Part shown: piece by piece, positions 1 through 6,677 of the stretch
Numbering within the stretch: the first letter of the stretch is position 1
Layout of the letters: the number at the start of each line of letters is the position of its first letter
Source of the DNA: Halodesulfurarchaeum sp.
GTDB lineage: Archaea > Halobacteriota > Halobacteria > Halobacteriales > Halobacteriaceae
Length of the DNA: 11,655 bases
NCBI GenBank assembly: GCA_042216015.1
Contig: JBDGUI010000008.1
Span: 1-11,655 of the forward strand
Reading direction: 5' to 3'
Notes under the pieces: model-generated
Databases searched by the model: none
Seen by the model: only the letters and a program-made list of their open reading frames with translations
Told to the model about the DNA's origin: nothing
Position numbers and translations under genes: made by a program

Positions 1-845
1 CTGTCCGGAACCTCGATCTTGTATTTCCCGTCCTCCCGGAGGGCGATGATGTGTTCCTCCCGGTCGTAGAGTTCCATCAGGTTGAGTTCGTACTGCCCCG
101 GCTCGACGATCCGGATGCTCTCGAACTGGTCGTTCAGTTCCGCTCGAAGAGTCTCGATATCGGTCGTCGCGGCCTCGTCCGGTTCGTCGACGACCCGGGC
201 GTTCTCGCGGGGGGGTCCGGTCGACTTGGACTCCGGAGGATCTCCGGATTGGACCGACTCGGTCTCGTCGCTCCCCGCGTCCGAAGGGGTCGGCGAGGAC
301 GTCGTCGAATCCGTGGTCGACCCGGTGCCCGTGGTTTCGGATTGAGACTGCGAGGAGAGATCCGACAGGTCGGCGACCTCGCCGCGGGCAGAGGCCTGAG
401 CCCGATCCTCTCGTGAGGGCTCACGCTTTGCTGAATCCTTCGCTCCCGTTTCGCCCCCGGAGGGTGCCGCGTCTGTGTGCGCCGTCTGCTCGTCGCTTTC
501 CGGGGACGGTGATTCGGTCCGGGTGGATTCGGCCTCCAGTTTCGATGGGGTGTCCTCGACTTCCGAAGGGGTATCCTCGACTGCGGTCGAGTCTGAGGAG
601 TCCTCGTCTCGTCGGGCATTGACGTATTCGCGGACGGACGAGGCCGCGCGGCCGACCCGTCCGGTCACCGAGTCTTCATCGATTGGCGGGTCGGGTGGGT
701 CGGTGGATTCGGGCTCGTACTGTGCCGGATCTGCGCCCTCTGGGATGTACTGGAAGGTGTTGCCGCCGCAGTGGGGACATCCAGAGAGCATCTCCTTTGA
801 CCCGTCGGGGAACACCGAGGCGCAGTTCGTACACTGGTGGGGCAT
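1..845 (-). CDS. oapC: Origin-associated protein C (Zn-ribbon protein, DUF2072/OapC type); 3' end truncated by the window edge
   Basis: Not in the ORF track because no stop lies inside the window. Manual translation from ATG at 845 gives MPHQCTNCASVFPDGSKEMLSGCPHCGGNTFQYIP (two CxxC motifs), then an acidic S/T/E/D/P-rich linker with EDRAQASARGEV, then C-terminal LRAELNDQFESIRIVEPGQYELNLMELYDREEHIIALREDGKYKIEVPD in the same frame. Starts 2 nt after the oapB stop. Confidence 0.9.
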   Translation of the reverse strand, partial: MPHQCTNCASVFPDGSKEMLSGCPHCGGNTFQYIPEGADPAQYEPESTDPPDPPIDEDSVTGRVGRAASSVREYVNARRDEDSSDSTAVEDTPSEVEDTPSKLEAESTRTESPSPESDEQTAHTDAAPSGGETGAKDSAKREPSREDRAQASARGEVADLSDLSSQSQSETTGTGSTTDSTTSSPTPSDAGSDETESVQSGDPPESKSTGPPRENARVVDEPDEAATTDIETLRAELNDQFESIRIVEPGQYELNLMELYDREEHIIALREDGKYKIEVPD

Positions 846-847
846 CG

Positions 848-1237
848 CTATTTCCCCGAGATGAGTGCCCGGATGAGGGTGTCGTCCTTCTGAAGGGACT
901 GGATCTGGTTTGCCGGACCGATCACGGTGAGCTTCGCATTCGAGGGTTGAGTTCCGATCAATCGGGAGAGAAAGCCCCCATCGGAGGCCGCCTGCCTGGG
1001 AAAGCTCTCGATCTCGATCCCCGAGAAGTCATCCGGGTTGATCTCGGTCATCGTGACCTCGATGAGTTTCGACTCCTCGTCGGGAGTCAACCCCTCCTCG
1101 AGGATCACGATGTTCCCGGCCCTGACATCGTCCAGAATCATACGAATCTTCTCCATCGAGGTCTTCTCCCGCATTCGCTGGCCCGAGATCAACTCGATTT
1201 CGACCCCCTCCGCCGTCTCGTGTTCTATTTCTGCCAT
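848..1237 (-). CDS. oapB: Origin-associated protein B (DUF2073 family)
   Basis: MEKIRMILDDVRAGNIVILEEGLTPDEESKLIEVTM...LTVIGPANQI is typical of this archaeal family. Middle gene of the operon. ATG at 1237 is preferred over GTG at 1246 because GGGTGA (SD-like, containing the oapA stop) lies just upstream. Confidence 0.88.
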   Translation of the reverse strand: MAEIEHETAEGVEIELISGQRMREKTSMEKIRMILDDVRAGNIVILEEGLTPDEESKLIEVTMTEINPDDFSGIEIESFPRQAASDGGFLSRLIGTQPSNAKLTVIGPANQIQSLQKDDTLIRALISGK

Positions 1238-1242
1238 TCCGG

Positions 1243-1887
1243 TCACCCGAAGTACGCGGCGATCTTGTCGTACACTTCGTCCATGTTGTCCCCCTCCAGG
1301 GCGGAGAGTGGCACCGTCTCGTGCTGAGGGAAGGCGTTCTCGATGCGACTGATCTGGGCCTCCTCGAGGTCGATCTTGTTCGCGAAGATGAGCACCGGCA
1401 GGTCCCGGGACTCGATGATCCCGATGAGCATGGTGTTGACCTGCGTGAAGGGATCCTCGGCCGAGTCCAGGACGTAGATGACTCCGTCGACGTCCTCCCG
1501 GAGCCAGTGCATGGCCTCAGCGACCCCCTCGGTCGCCTCACGGGACCGGCGGACGGCCTCGTCCTTCTCGATGTCGTGGTCGAGGAATTCCGTGTAATCG
1601 ACCTTTGTGGTCACCCCCGGTGTGTCGACGATATCGATCGTGACCGTCTGGCCATTGCGTTCGATCTCCACGTTCTCCTTTCGGCGAGCTCGACGCGTCT
1701 CATGTGGGATCCGAGATTCCGGCCCGACTGCGTCGCCGGTCCAGTCTCTGGCGATCCGGTTGGCGAGTGTCGTCTTTCCCGCGTTCGGTGGCCCGTAGAT
1801 GCCGATTCGTTTCGGTTCAGCATCGCTCGAGAAGAGGGAGTCCGTCACCCGAGAGATGCTGTTGCGTAGACTTCCGAGCAGTCCCAT
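1243..1887 (-). CDS. oapA: Era-like small GTP-binding protein, origin-associated protein A
   Basis: G1 GPPNAGKT, G2 PHETR, G3 DTPG, G4 NKID, G5 SAL. 214 aa, acidic. Transcribed divergently from cdc6 across oriC1, the conserved haloarchaeal arrangement. Confidence 0.93.
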   Translation of the reverse strand: MGLLGSLRNSISRVTDSLFSSDAEPKRIGIYGPPNAGKTTLANRIARDWTGDAVGPESRIPHETRRARRKENVEIERNGQTVTIDIVDTPGVTTKVDYTEFLDHDIEKDEAVRRSREATEGVAEAMHWLREDVDGVIYVLDSAEDPFTQVNTMLIGIIESRDLPVLIFANKIDLEEAQISRIENAFPQHETVPLSALEGDNMDEVYDKIAAYFG

Positions 1888-1893
1888 TTATGG

Positions 1894-1899
1894 CTCCTC
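1894..1899 (-). promoter_or_regulatory. Shine-Dalgarno-like site of oapA
   Basis: Minus strand reads AGAGGAGCCATAA-ATG, i.e. GAGGAG 6 nt before the ATG at 1887. Confidence 0.6.
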
Positions 1900-2016
1900 T
1901 TGTGCGTCCCGGGGCTTGAAGCCTCCGGACACCTGTCTCTCGTCGCTGGACGACCTTAAGTCCACTCGGGAAGGGTGGGCTTGCAGGACCGGAGTGGTTC
2001 CTCAGCCGTATCCCGT

Positions 2017-2107
2017 TGATGTTCTCAATCGGCAATGATTGCTCTCAATCGGCATGCAGGTCGGCTGGAAAGATGGGTCGATGACGAGTTCCGTAATGAC
2101 GAGTTCC
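2017..2107. repeat. Two short direct-repeat pairs in the oapA-oriC intergenic region
   Basis: TCTCAATCGGCA at 2023-2034 and 2043-2054; ATGACGAGTTCC at 2081-2092 and 2096-2107. Confidence 0.8.
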
Positions 2108-2411
2108 ATAAAAGGTGGTAGTCGGCGAATCGTGTCCTGCTAAGGCACATCTCAGTGATTGTCTCAATATCTTCTGTTCCATTTTTGGAATCCGATTACT
2201 TTTGTTTCACGCCGAGTCGAATAGTCTCGTGTCCATATCGATTTCACGGTCCAAACTTCGATCGGCGATTTCATGACCTTCCCGAACCACCGGTTTCACG
2301 ACAGAACTCGATCCGTGAATCCGACCCGTTCGGACTCCAAACGGATGATTTATCGCGTAACTATCAAATATCTATCCTGAAAACAGACACCTTTGAGATA
2401 GTGGTTGGGTG

Positions 2412-2438
2412 CCCCCACCCCTTTATTTCAACTGGAAC
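2412..2438 (-). promoter_or_regulatory. Origin recognition box (left ORB) with haloarchaeal G-string
   Basis: Reverse complement reads GTTCCAGTTGAAATAAAGGGGTGGGGG, matching the archaeal ORB consensus TTCCAGTGGAAAC-(N)-GGGG. Confidence 0.95.
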
Positions 2439-2614
2439 AGCACTTTGCAAATAACACGGTTTTCCCGTTTTCCCAACCGGCTAAAAACCCGTATAATACC
2501 AAATGTTAATAACATATCATCCAAGTTTTGTTACTGGTTTACGGATATTGTTTCTAAGTAACCTACATAAAAGTTGCTGTTTCAATACCAGTCGATCGTG
2601 TAGGTTACTTTCGC
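2439..2614. other. AT-rich DNA unwinding element (DUE)
   Basis: 65 G+C in 176 nt by manual count; lies between the inverted ORBs. Confidence 0.85.
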
Positions 2615-2642
2615 GTTCCAGTTGAAACAAAGGGGTGGGGGG
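2615..2642 (+). promoter_or_regulatory. Origin recognition box (right ORB) with G-string
   Basis: GTTCCAGTTGAAACAAAGGGGTGGGGGG; one mismatch to the left ORB over 27 nt, in inverted orientation. Confidence 0.95.
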
Positions 2643-3158
2643 TGAACGGTTAGCGACCGCCATCGTTCTCAAACAAATCTCGTCGCGATAACGCTATCAA
2701 ACTTCAAACAATAAAACCAAGTACTATCCGCTCACACGTTGGCCCGCTATCAAGGATGGTGACGTTCCGGGGATCACTCGATTCGGGGACGGATTCGACA
2801 ACCCAACGTGATCGAATCCGGTGAATTGACTTCAATCGAATCGTCCCTCATCGGGCCGTCTTCCAGGAGGAGTCGGGACAACTCGGTTCATCCACGACCG
2901 ATCTCCGTGAAACGGTCATAGTGAATCCCTGTGTACCAATGAATCGTGGCTCTCATCCCCCACACGCGGTTAACTGGCACCCGTTGAGAGGCAGCTGTTC
3001 TCCCGTGTGGAGGTGCTTGCGTACTCGCTGTTACTATCGCTGTTCTTCAGAAAGCTGTCCGTGTTCGAGGGCCAGGTCCCGATCACGATTGGGAGTACGG
3101 ACTTCCAACGGGATCGAGCGGATACCCACGATCGATTGGATCGATACTTTTTTGTCTA

Positions 3159-3193
3159 CCCCACACCCCCAGTTTCGTCTGCATCAACTGGAC
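3159..3193 (-). promoter_or_regulatory. Degenerate ORB with G-string upstream of cdc6
   Basis: Reverse complement is GTCCAGTTGATGCAGACGAAACTGGGGGTGTGGGG. It contains TGCAGACGAAAC plus a G-string, preceded by a TCCAGTTGA half site. Confidence 0.65.
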
Positions 3194-3270
3194 AGGACGT
3201 CTTATGGATCCTACCCCAAATCTCCTCGAAGAACACTCGTACACAGCATATCCGGGTGGTTCCGTTTCCT

Positions 3271-3290
3271 GTCGCACTTGAACCAAGGGG
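3271..3290 (+). promoter_or_regulatory. Mini-ORB-like site immediately upstream of the cdc6 start
   Basis: GTCGCACTTGAACCAAGGGG versus ORB GTTCCAGTTGAAACAAAGGGG; ends 10 nt before ATG 3301. Confidence 0.5.
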
Positions 3291-3300
3291 CCGGTTTGAT

Positions 3301-4782
3301 ATGGTAGAGGACACACCGAAACCCGGACACGCCGGGTCCGAACGCGCCTTCGACGTCGACCTCGATGAGGTGCTCGAAGAGGAATCCGAATCCGAACAGG
3401 GCCTGTTCGACGATCTCCTCTCGGGCGAACCCATCTTCGAGAACAAGGAGGTTCTTCGCCCGTCGTACACACCTCAGGAACTGCCCCACCGGAACGACCA
3501 GATCAACAAGATGGCGACGATTCTCGTCGCCGCCCTTCGCGGGGAAACCCCGTCGAACATTCTCATCTACGGCAAGACTGGGACGGGGAAGACCGCGAGC
3601 GCGAAGTACGTCAGCCAGGAACTCGAGAAGACCTCGGAGAAGTACGACGTGCCCTGTCGAGTCGAGTACATCAATTGTGAGGTGACCGACACCCAGTATC
3701 GCGTGCTCGCCCAGCTCGCGAACACCTTCATCGAACGGAACCAGGACTACGTCGAGGACAGGCTGGCCGACCTCCGTGATATCGAACAGCTTATTGAGGG
3801 GGGTTCGATGGCCATCGAGGAAACCGAGTTCGAGTCGATGACCGATCTCGAGGGCGAAATTCGGATGCTCGAGGCGGATCGCGAGGAGATGGAGATGGTC
3901 CCGATGACCGGCTGGCCGACCGACCGCGTGTACACGACATTCTTCGAGGCCGTCGACTACGTCGAGCGGGTGGCGGTCATCATGCTCGACGAGATCGACA
4001 AACTCGTCGAGAAGAGCGGTGACGACGTCCTCTACAATCTCTCCCGGATGAACTCCTCCCTCGATAACTCCCGGGTCTCGATCATCGGCATCTCCAATGA
4101 TCTCAAGTTCACCGACTTCCTCGACCCGCGGGTCAAATCCAGTCTCGGCGAGGAGGAGATCGTCTTCCCGCCCTACGACGCGAATCAGCTCCGGGACATT
4201 CTGACCCAGCGGGCCGACGTGGCGTTCAAGCCCGATGCCCTCTCGGAGGACGTCATCCCGCTCTGTGCCGCGTTTGCCGCCCAGGAGCACGGGGACGCAC
4301 GCCGCGCGCTCGACCTCCTCAGAACGGCCGGGGAACTGGGTGAGCGCGAACAGGCCACGGAGATCACCGAGGAACACGTCCGGAAGGCCCAGGACAAGAT
4401 CGAACTCGATCGCGTCGTCGAGGTCGTCCGCACCCTGCCGACACAGTCAAAACTCGTGCTCTATGCGATCGTCCTCCACGAGAAACACGGCGTCAGAAAC
4501 ATCAACACCGGCGAGGTCTACAACATCTACAAGCGGCTCTGTCGGGAGATCGACGCCGACGTGCTGACCCAGCGACGGGTGACCGACCTCATCAGCGAAC
4601 TCGACATGCTCGGGATCGTCAACGCGGTGGTCGTGAGCAAGGGACGCTACGGGCGGACCAAGGAGATTAGCCTCTCGGTCCCGGTCGAGGAGACCGAGAC
4701 CGTCCTGCAGGCCGACTCCAGAATCGGCGACGTCGGGGACGTGTCCCCCTTCCTCCAGGCCCGCTTCGACGGCGATCATTGA
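3301..4782 (+). CDS. orc1: Orc1/Cdc6 replication initiator (oriC1-associated, AAA+ plus winged helix)
   Basis: IFENKEVLRPSYTPQELPHR, Walker A GKTGTGKT, YINC, Walker B IMLDEIDKL, sensor HGDARRALDLL, and WH domain LTQRRVTDLISELDMLGIV...GRYGRTK. ATG 3301 chosen (493 aa) because acidic haloarchaeal composition begins there. Confidence 0.96.
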   Translation: MVEDTPKPGHAGSERAFDVDLDEVLEEESESEQGLFDDLLSGEPIFENKEVLRPSYTPQELPHRNDQINKMATILVAALRGETPSNILIYGKTGTGKTASAKYVSQELEKTSEKYDVPCRVEYINCEVTDTQYRVLAQLANTFIERNQDYVEDRLADLRDIEQLIEGGSMAIEETEFESMTDLEGEIRMLEADREEMEMVPMTGWPTDRVYTTFFEAVDYVERVAVIMLDEIDKLVEKSGDDVLYNLSRMNSSLDNSRVSIIGISNDLKFTDFLDPRVKSSLGEEEIVFPPYDANQLRDILTQRADVAFKPDALSEDVIPLCAAFAAQEHGDARRALDLLRTAGELGEREQATEITEEHVRKAQDKIELDRVVEVVRTLPTQSKLVLYAIVLHEKHGVRNINTGEVYNIYKRLCREIDADVLTQRRVTDLISELDMLGIVNAVVVSKGRYGRTKEISLSVPVEETETVLQADSRIGDVGDVSPFLQARFDGDH

Positions 4783-4795
4783 TCCGAAGTCGGGC

Positions 4796-4841
4796 CGCTT
4801 CGAAAAGTCGACGGAGTTCGCTTCGAAAAGCCGACGGAGTT
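4796..4841 (+). repeat. 23-bp tandem direct repeat (2 copies, 1 mismatch) upstream of the HTH gene
   Basis: CGCTTCGAAAAGTCGACGGAGTT (4796-4818) and CGCTTCGAAAAGCCGACGGAGTT (4819-4841). Confidence 0.9.
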
Positions 4842-4845
4842 ATTA
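4840..4845 (+). promoter_or_regulatory. Putative TATA box of the HTH gene (leaderless transcript)
   Basis: TTATTA at -31 to -26 relative to ATG 4871, the usual spacing for leaderless haloarchaeal mRNAs. Confidence 0.55.
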
Positions 4846-4870
4846 GCGTGACACCACCACCCTCTTATTG

Positions 4871-5248
4871 ATGGTAGCTGGTCCGTTGGGAGGTGTCGAC
4901 ATCCCTGATTCCCAGGCCGTCTTTGATGCCCTCGAGGACGGCGACTGTCGTCGGATCATCGAACACCTCGAGGAGCCCCGAACGGCAAAGGAGCTCTCGG
5001 AGGACTGTGAGTTGCCCCTTTCGACGACCTATCGCAAACTCGACATTCTCACGGACGCGTCGCTGCTTTCCGAACGAACGGTCATCCAGTCCGACGGCCA
5101 TCACACGACGCAGTACGAGGTCGCCTTCGAGGAGGTCACGATCGAACTGGACGAGGACCATCGGATCGCCATCGGAATTCAGCGCGCGTCCGAATCGACG
5201 GACGAGCGCCTCGAAACACTGTGGGCGGAGGTTCGACGCGAAACATGA
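4871..5248 (+). CDS. Winged helix-turn-helix transcriptional regulator (ArsR-like, haloarchaeal type)
   Basis: VFDALEDGDCRRIIEHLEEPRTAKELSEDCELPLSTTYRKLDILTDASLLSER...DGHHTTQY is a wHTH with wing; C-terminal ERLETLWAEVR. ATG 4871 is preferred over TTG 4868. Confidence 0.85.
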   Translation: MVAGPLGGVDIPDSQAVFDALEDGDCRRIIEHLEEPRTAKELSEDCELPLSTTYRKLDILTDASLLSERTVIQSDGHHTTQYEVAFEEVTIELDEDHRIAIGIQRASESTDERLETLWAEVRRET

Positions 5249-5520
5249 GTGAAATTACCGGCCTGATCGTCGTCTTGAAAACGCTATCCGTGGCGCTCGG
5301 TGGACTCATCACGTATTTCGCCTACCGGGCGTATCGCCGGACGGGTGCAAGCGCGCTCCGGTGGCTATCGATCGGCTTTGCCGTGATCACCTTTGGGGCC
5401 CTGCTCGGTGGCATCATCGACCAGGTTCTGGTCACCACGAGGGAGTGGGCCATCGTGATGGAGAGTTCACTCGCGGTCGTCGGGTTCGCCATCATCCTTT
5501 ACTCCCTGTACGCGGAGTGA
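5245..5520 (+). CDS. Small integral membrane protein (about 3 TM segments, 91 aa), translationally coupled to the HTH gene
   Basis: ATGA start/stop overlap at 5245-5248. Three hydrophobic segments and an AYRAYRRTG basic loop, a pattern seen in small haloarchaeal membrane proteins encoded next to wHTH genes. Confidence 0.82.
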   Translation: MSEITGLIVVLKTLSVALGGLITYFAYRAYRRTGASALRWLSIGFAVITFGALLGGIIDQVLVTTREWAIVMESSLAVVGFAIILYSLYAE

Positions 5521-5667
5521 CCGGCTCGGCACACGTCCGCTGCGGAATTGCGCACATCCATCACCGAGCGCCAAAATAGGCTCGGTGGACCGGCAACCAT
5601 CGACCCGCGGAAACGCCATCGTCCTGACCATCGAACACGGGATGCGCGCTTCCGCTTGTCATCTCGA

Positions 5668-6585
5668 TCACGCGACTGCCGAGGGATGTCTGACTGCCAG
5701 TTGGCCAATGGCCATTCCAGTCACTCCGGCCCCCATCGTTGCCGGGCCCGGAAGTTCCAGGTCCGCGGCCCAGAGTCTGATCCACCCGAGCCATGGGATT
5801 CTGAGGACCGCGGTCCCCCGGACCCACTCCGGTTTCACGACCGAGCTGATTCCCCGGGTCTGATCGTAGTAATCGTTCGTGACCGGGTTGTCACCCTTCG
5901 TGATGAACCCGTCAGTGGGGGCCGGGCAGGCGGCCAGTGCTTCACAGGAGTTCGCCTGGATCAGGTCGGGATTGGCCCGGTCGTACCAGTTCTCCCCCTC
6001 CTCGACGTACAGGCGGGCCCGATGGATGATCGGCGTGGCCGATTCTTTCCCGTAGGGCTGATAGACGATGACGTCGCCGGGTCCACCGAACCGATAGTAC
6101 CCCTCTTTGGCCCCAACCTGGGCGGTCACGACTCCGGTTTCCGCGGCGGCGTAGTCGGGGGAGAATCGTTCTTCCTCCATCACGAGCACGAGGTCGCCCT
6201 TCTGTAGGTGGGGCTCCATGCTGCCACTTTCGACGGCGACCAGCGGCGGCCACACCCCGCTCACCACGTACAGCAACAGACCGACGGCGACCACGATGAG
6301 GACACTCACGAGAATCTCCCGGAGGAATGCCACCCACTCGGAGTCCGTCCGTCGGAACCAGCCGAGTGCTTCCCTCAACCCGTCCCGCGGATCGGGCTCC
6401 TCCTCGGGACTGGTGAACGTCGGTGGCGGCGTCGACCCGGCGGATTCAGCCCGATTCCCTTTGGAACTCCCAATCGCTTCGGGGTGTCCGCCCCCCTGGG
6501 CTCCGCCATTCGGTTCTGGAATCCCATCACTGGCGGACCGAGGATCGTCCCGACGTGGCTCTTCGCCCCCCTCCTCGCGACCCAT
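5668..6585 (-). CDS. sec11: Signal peptidase I, S26 family (Sec11-type)
   Basis: TM anchor followed by VAVESGSMEP (catalytic Ser), GDL, PIIHRA (catalytic His), FITKGDN, and RIPWLGWIRL. ATG 6585 chosen because a TTGAAA TATA-like box lies about 25-30 nt upstream. Confidence 0.9.
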   Translation of the reverse strand: MGREEGGEEPRRDDPRSASDGIPEPNGGAQGGGHPEAIGSSKGNRAESAGSTPPPTFTSPEEEPDPRDGLREALGWFRRTDSEWVAFLREILVSVLIVVAVGLLLYVVSGVWPPLVAVESGSMEPHLQKGDLVLVMEEERFSPDYAAAETGVVTAQVGAKEGYYRFGGPGDVIVYQPYGKESATPIIHRARLYVEEGENWYDRANPDLIQANSCEALAACPAPTDGFITKGDNPVTNDYYDQTRGISSVVKPEWVRGTAVLRIPWLGWIRLWAADLELPGPATMGAGVTGMAIGQLAVRHPSAVA

Positions 6586-6677
6586 GCACCGGATTACGAC
6601 ACTTTCCCCTTTCAACGTTCGCATGCTCACCCGCCACAGTCGCTATCCTTTTGGGACCGACACGCCTCACTCAGGCC
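6586..6677. promoter_or_regulatory. Divergent promoter region between sec11 and polD1
   Basis: 92-bp gap with minus-strand TTGAAA (about 6610-6615) for sec11 and plus-strand TTTTGG (6649-6654) for DP1, each about 25-30 nt from the proposed start. Confidence 0.45.

Larger units (their letters stand above)
2412..2642. other. oriC1: Replication origin oriC1 core (inverted ORBs flanking the DUE)
   Basis: Two near-identical inverted ORB+G-string elements flank a 176-bp spacer with about 37% GC by manual count, in a GC-rich window. Lies between cdc6/orc1 and oapABC. Confidence 0.95.

Noticed and set aside
534..552. CTCCAGTTTCGATGGGGTG in oapC resembling an ORB
   Set aside because: It lacks the GAAA core, and the spacing to the G-string is 4 nt short. 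Probably chance.
2155..2454. 99-aa ORF in the origin region (also 1799-2038, 1817-2035, 2921-3307)
   Set aside because: Atypical composition and codon usage; these overlap ORBs, promoters or real genes.
3007..3300. 98-codon N-terminal extension of Cdc6 in the ORF track
   Set aside because: Non-acidic composition unlike haloarchaeal proteins, and it overlaps ORB-like and promoter sequence. ATG 3301 is more plausible.
5521..5667. Small ORFs or ncRNA between the convergent membrane-protein gene and sec11
   Set aside because: The listed ORFs overlap real genes and are Arg-rich. No convincing structure or terminator was seen.
6423..6677. Upstream extension of the DP1 ORF
   Set aside because: It overlaps the divergent sec11 gene and its promoter. 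The recognisable DP1 N-terminus begins at GTG 6678.
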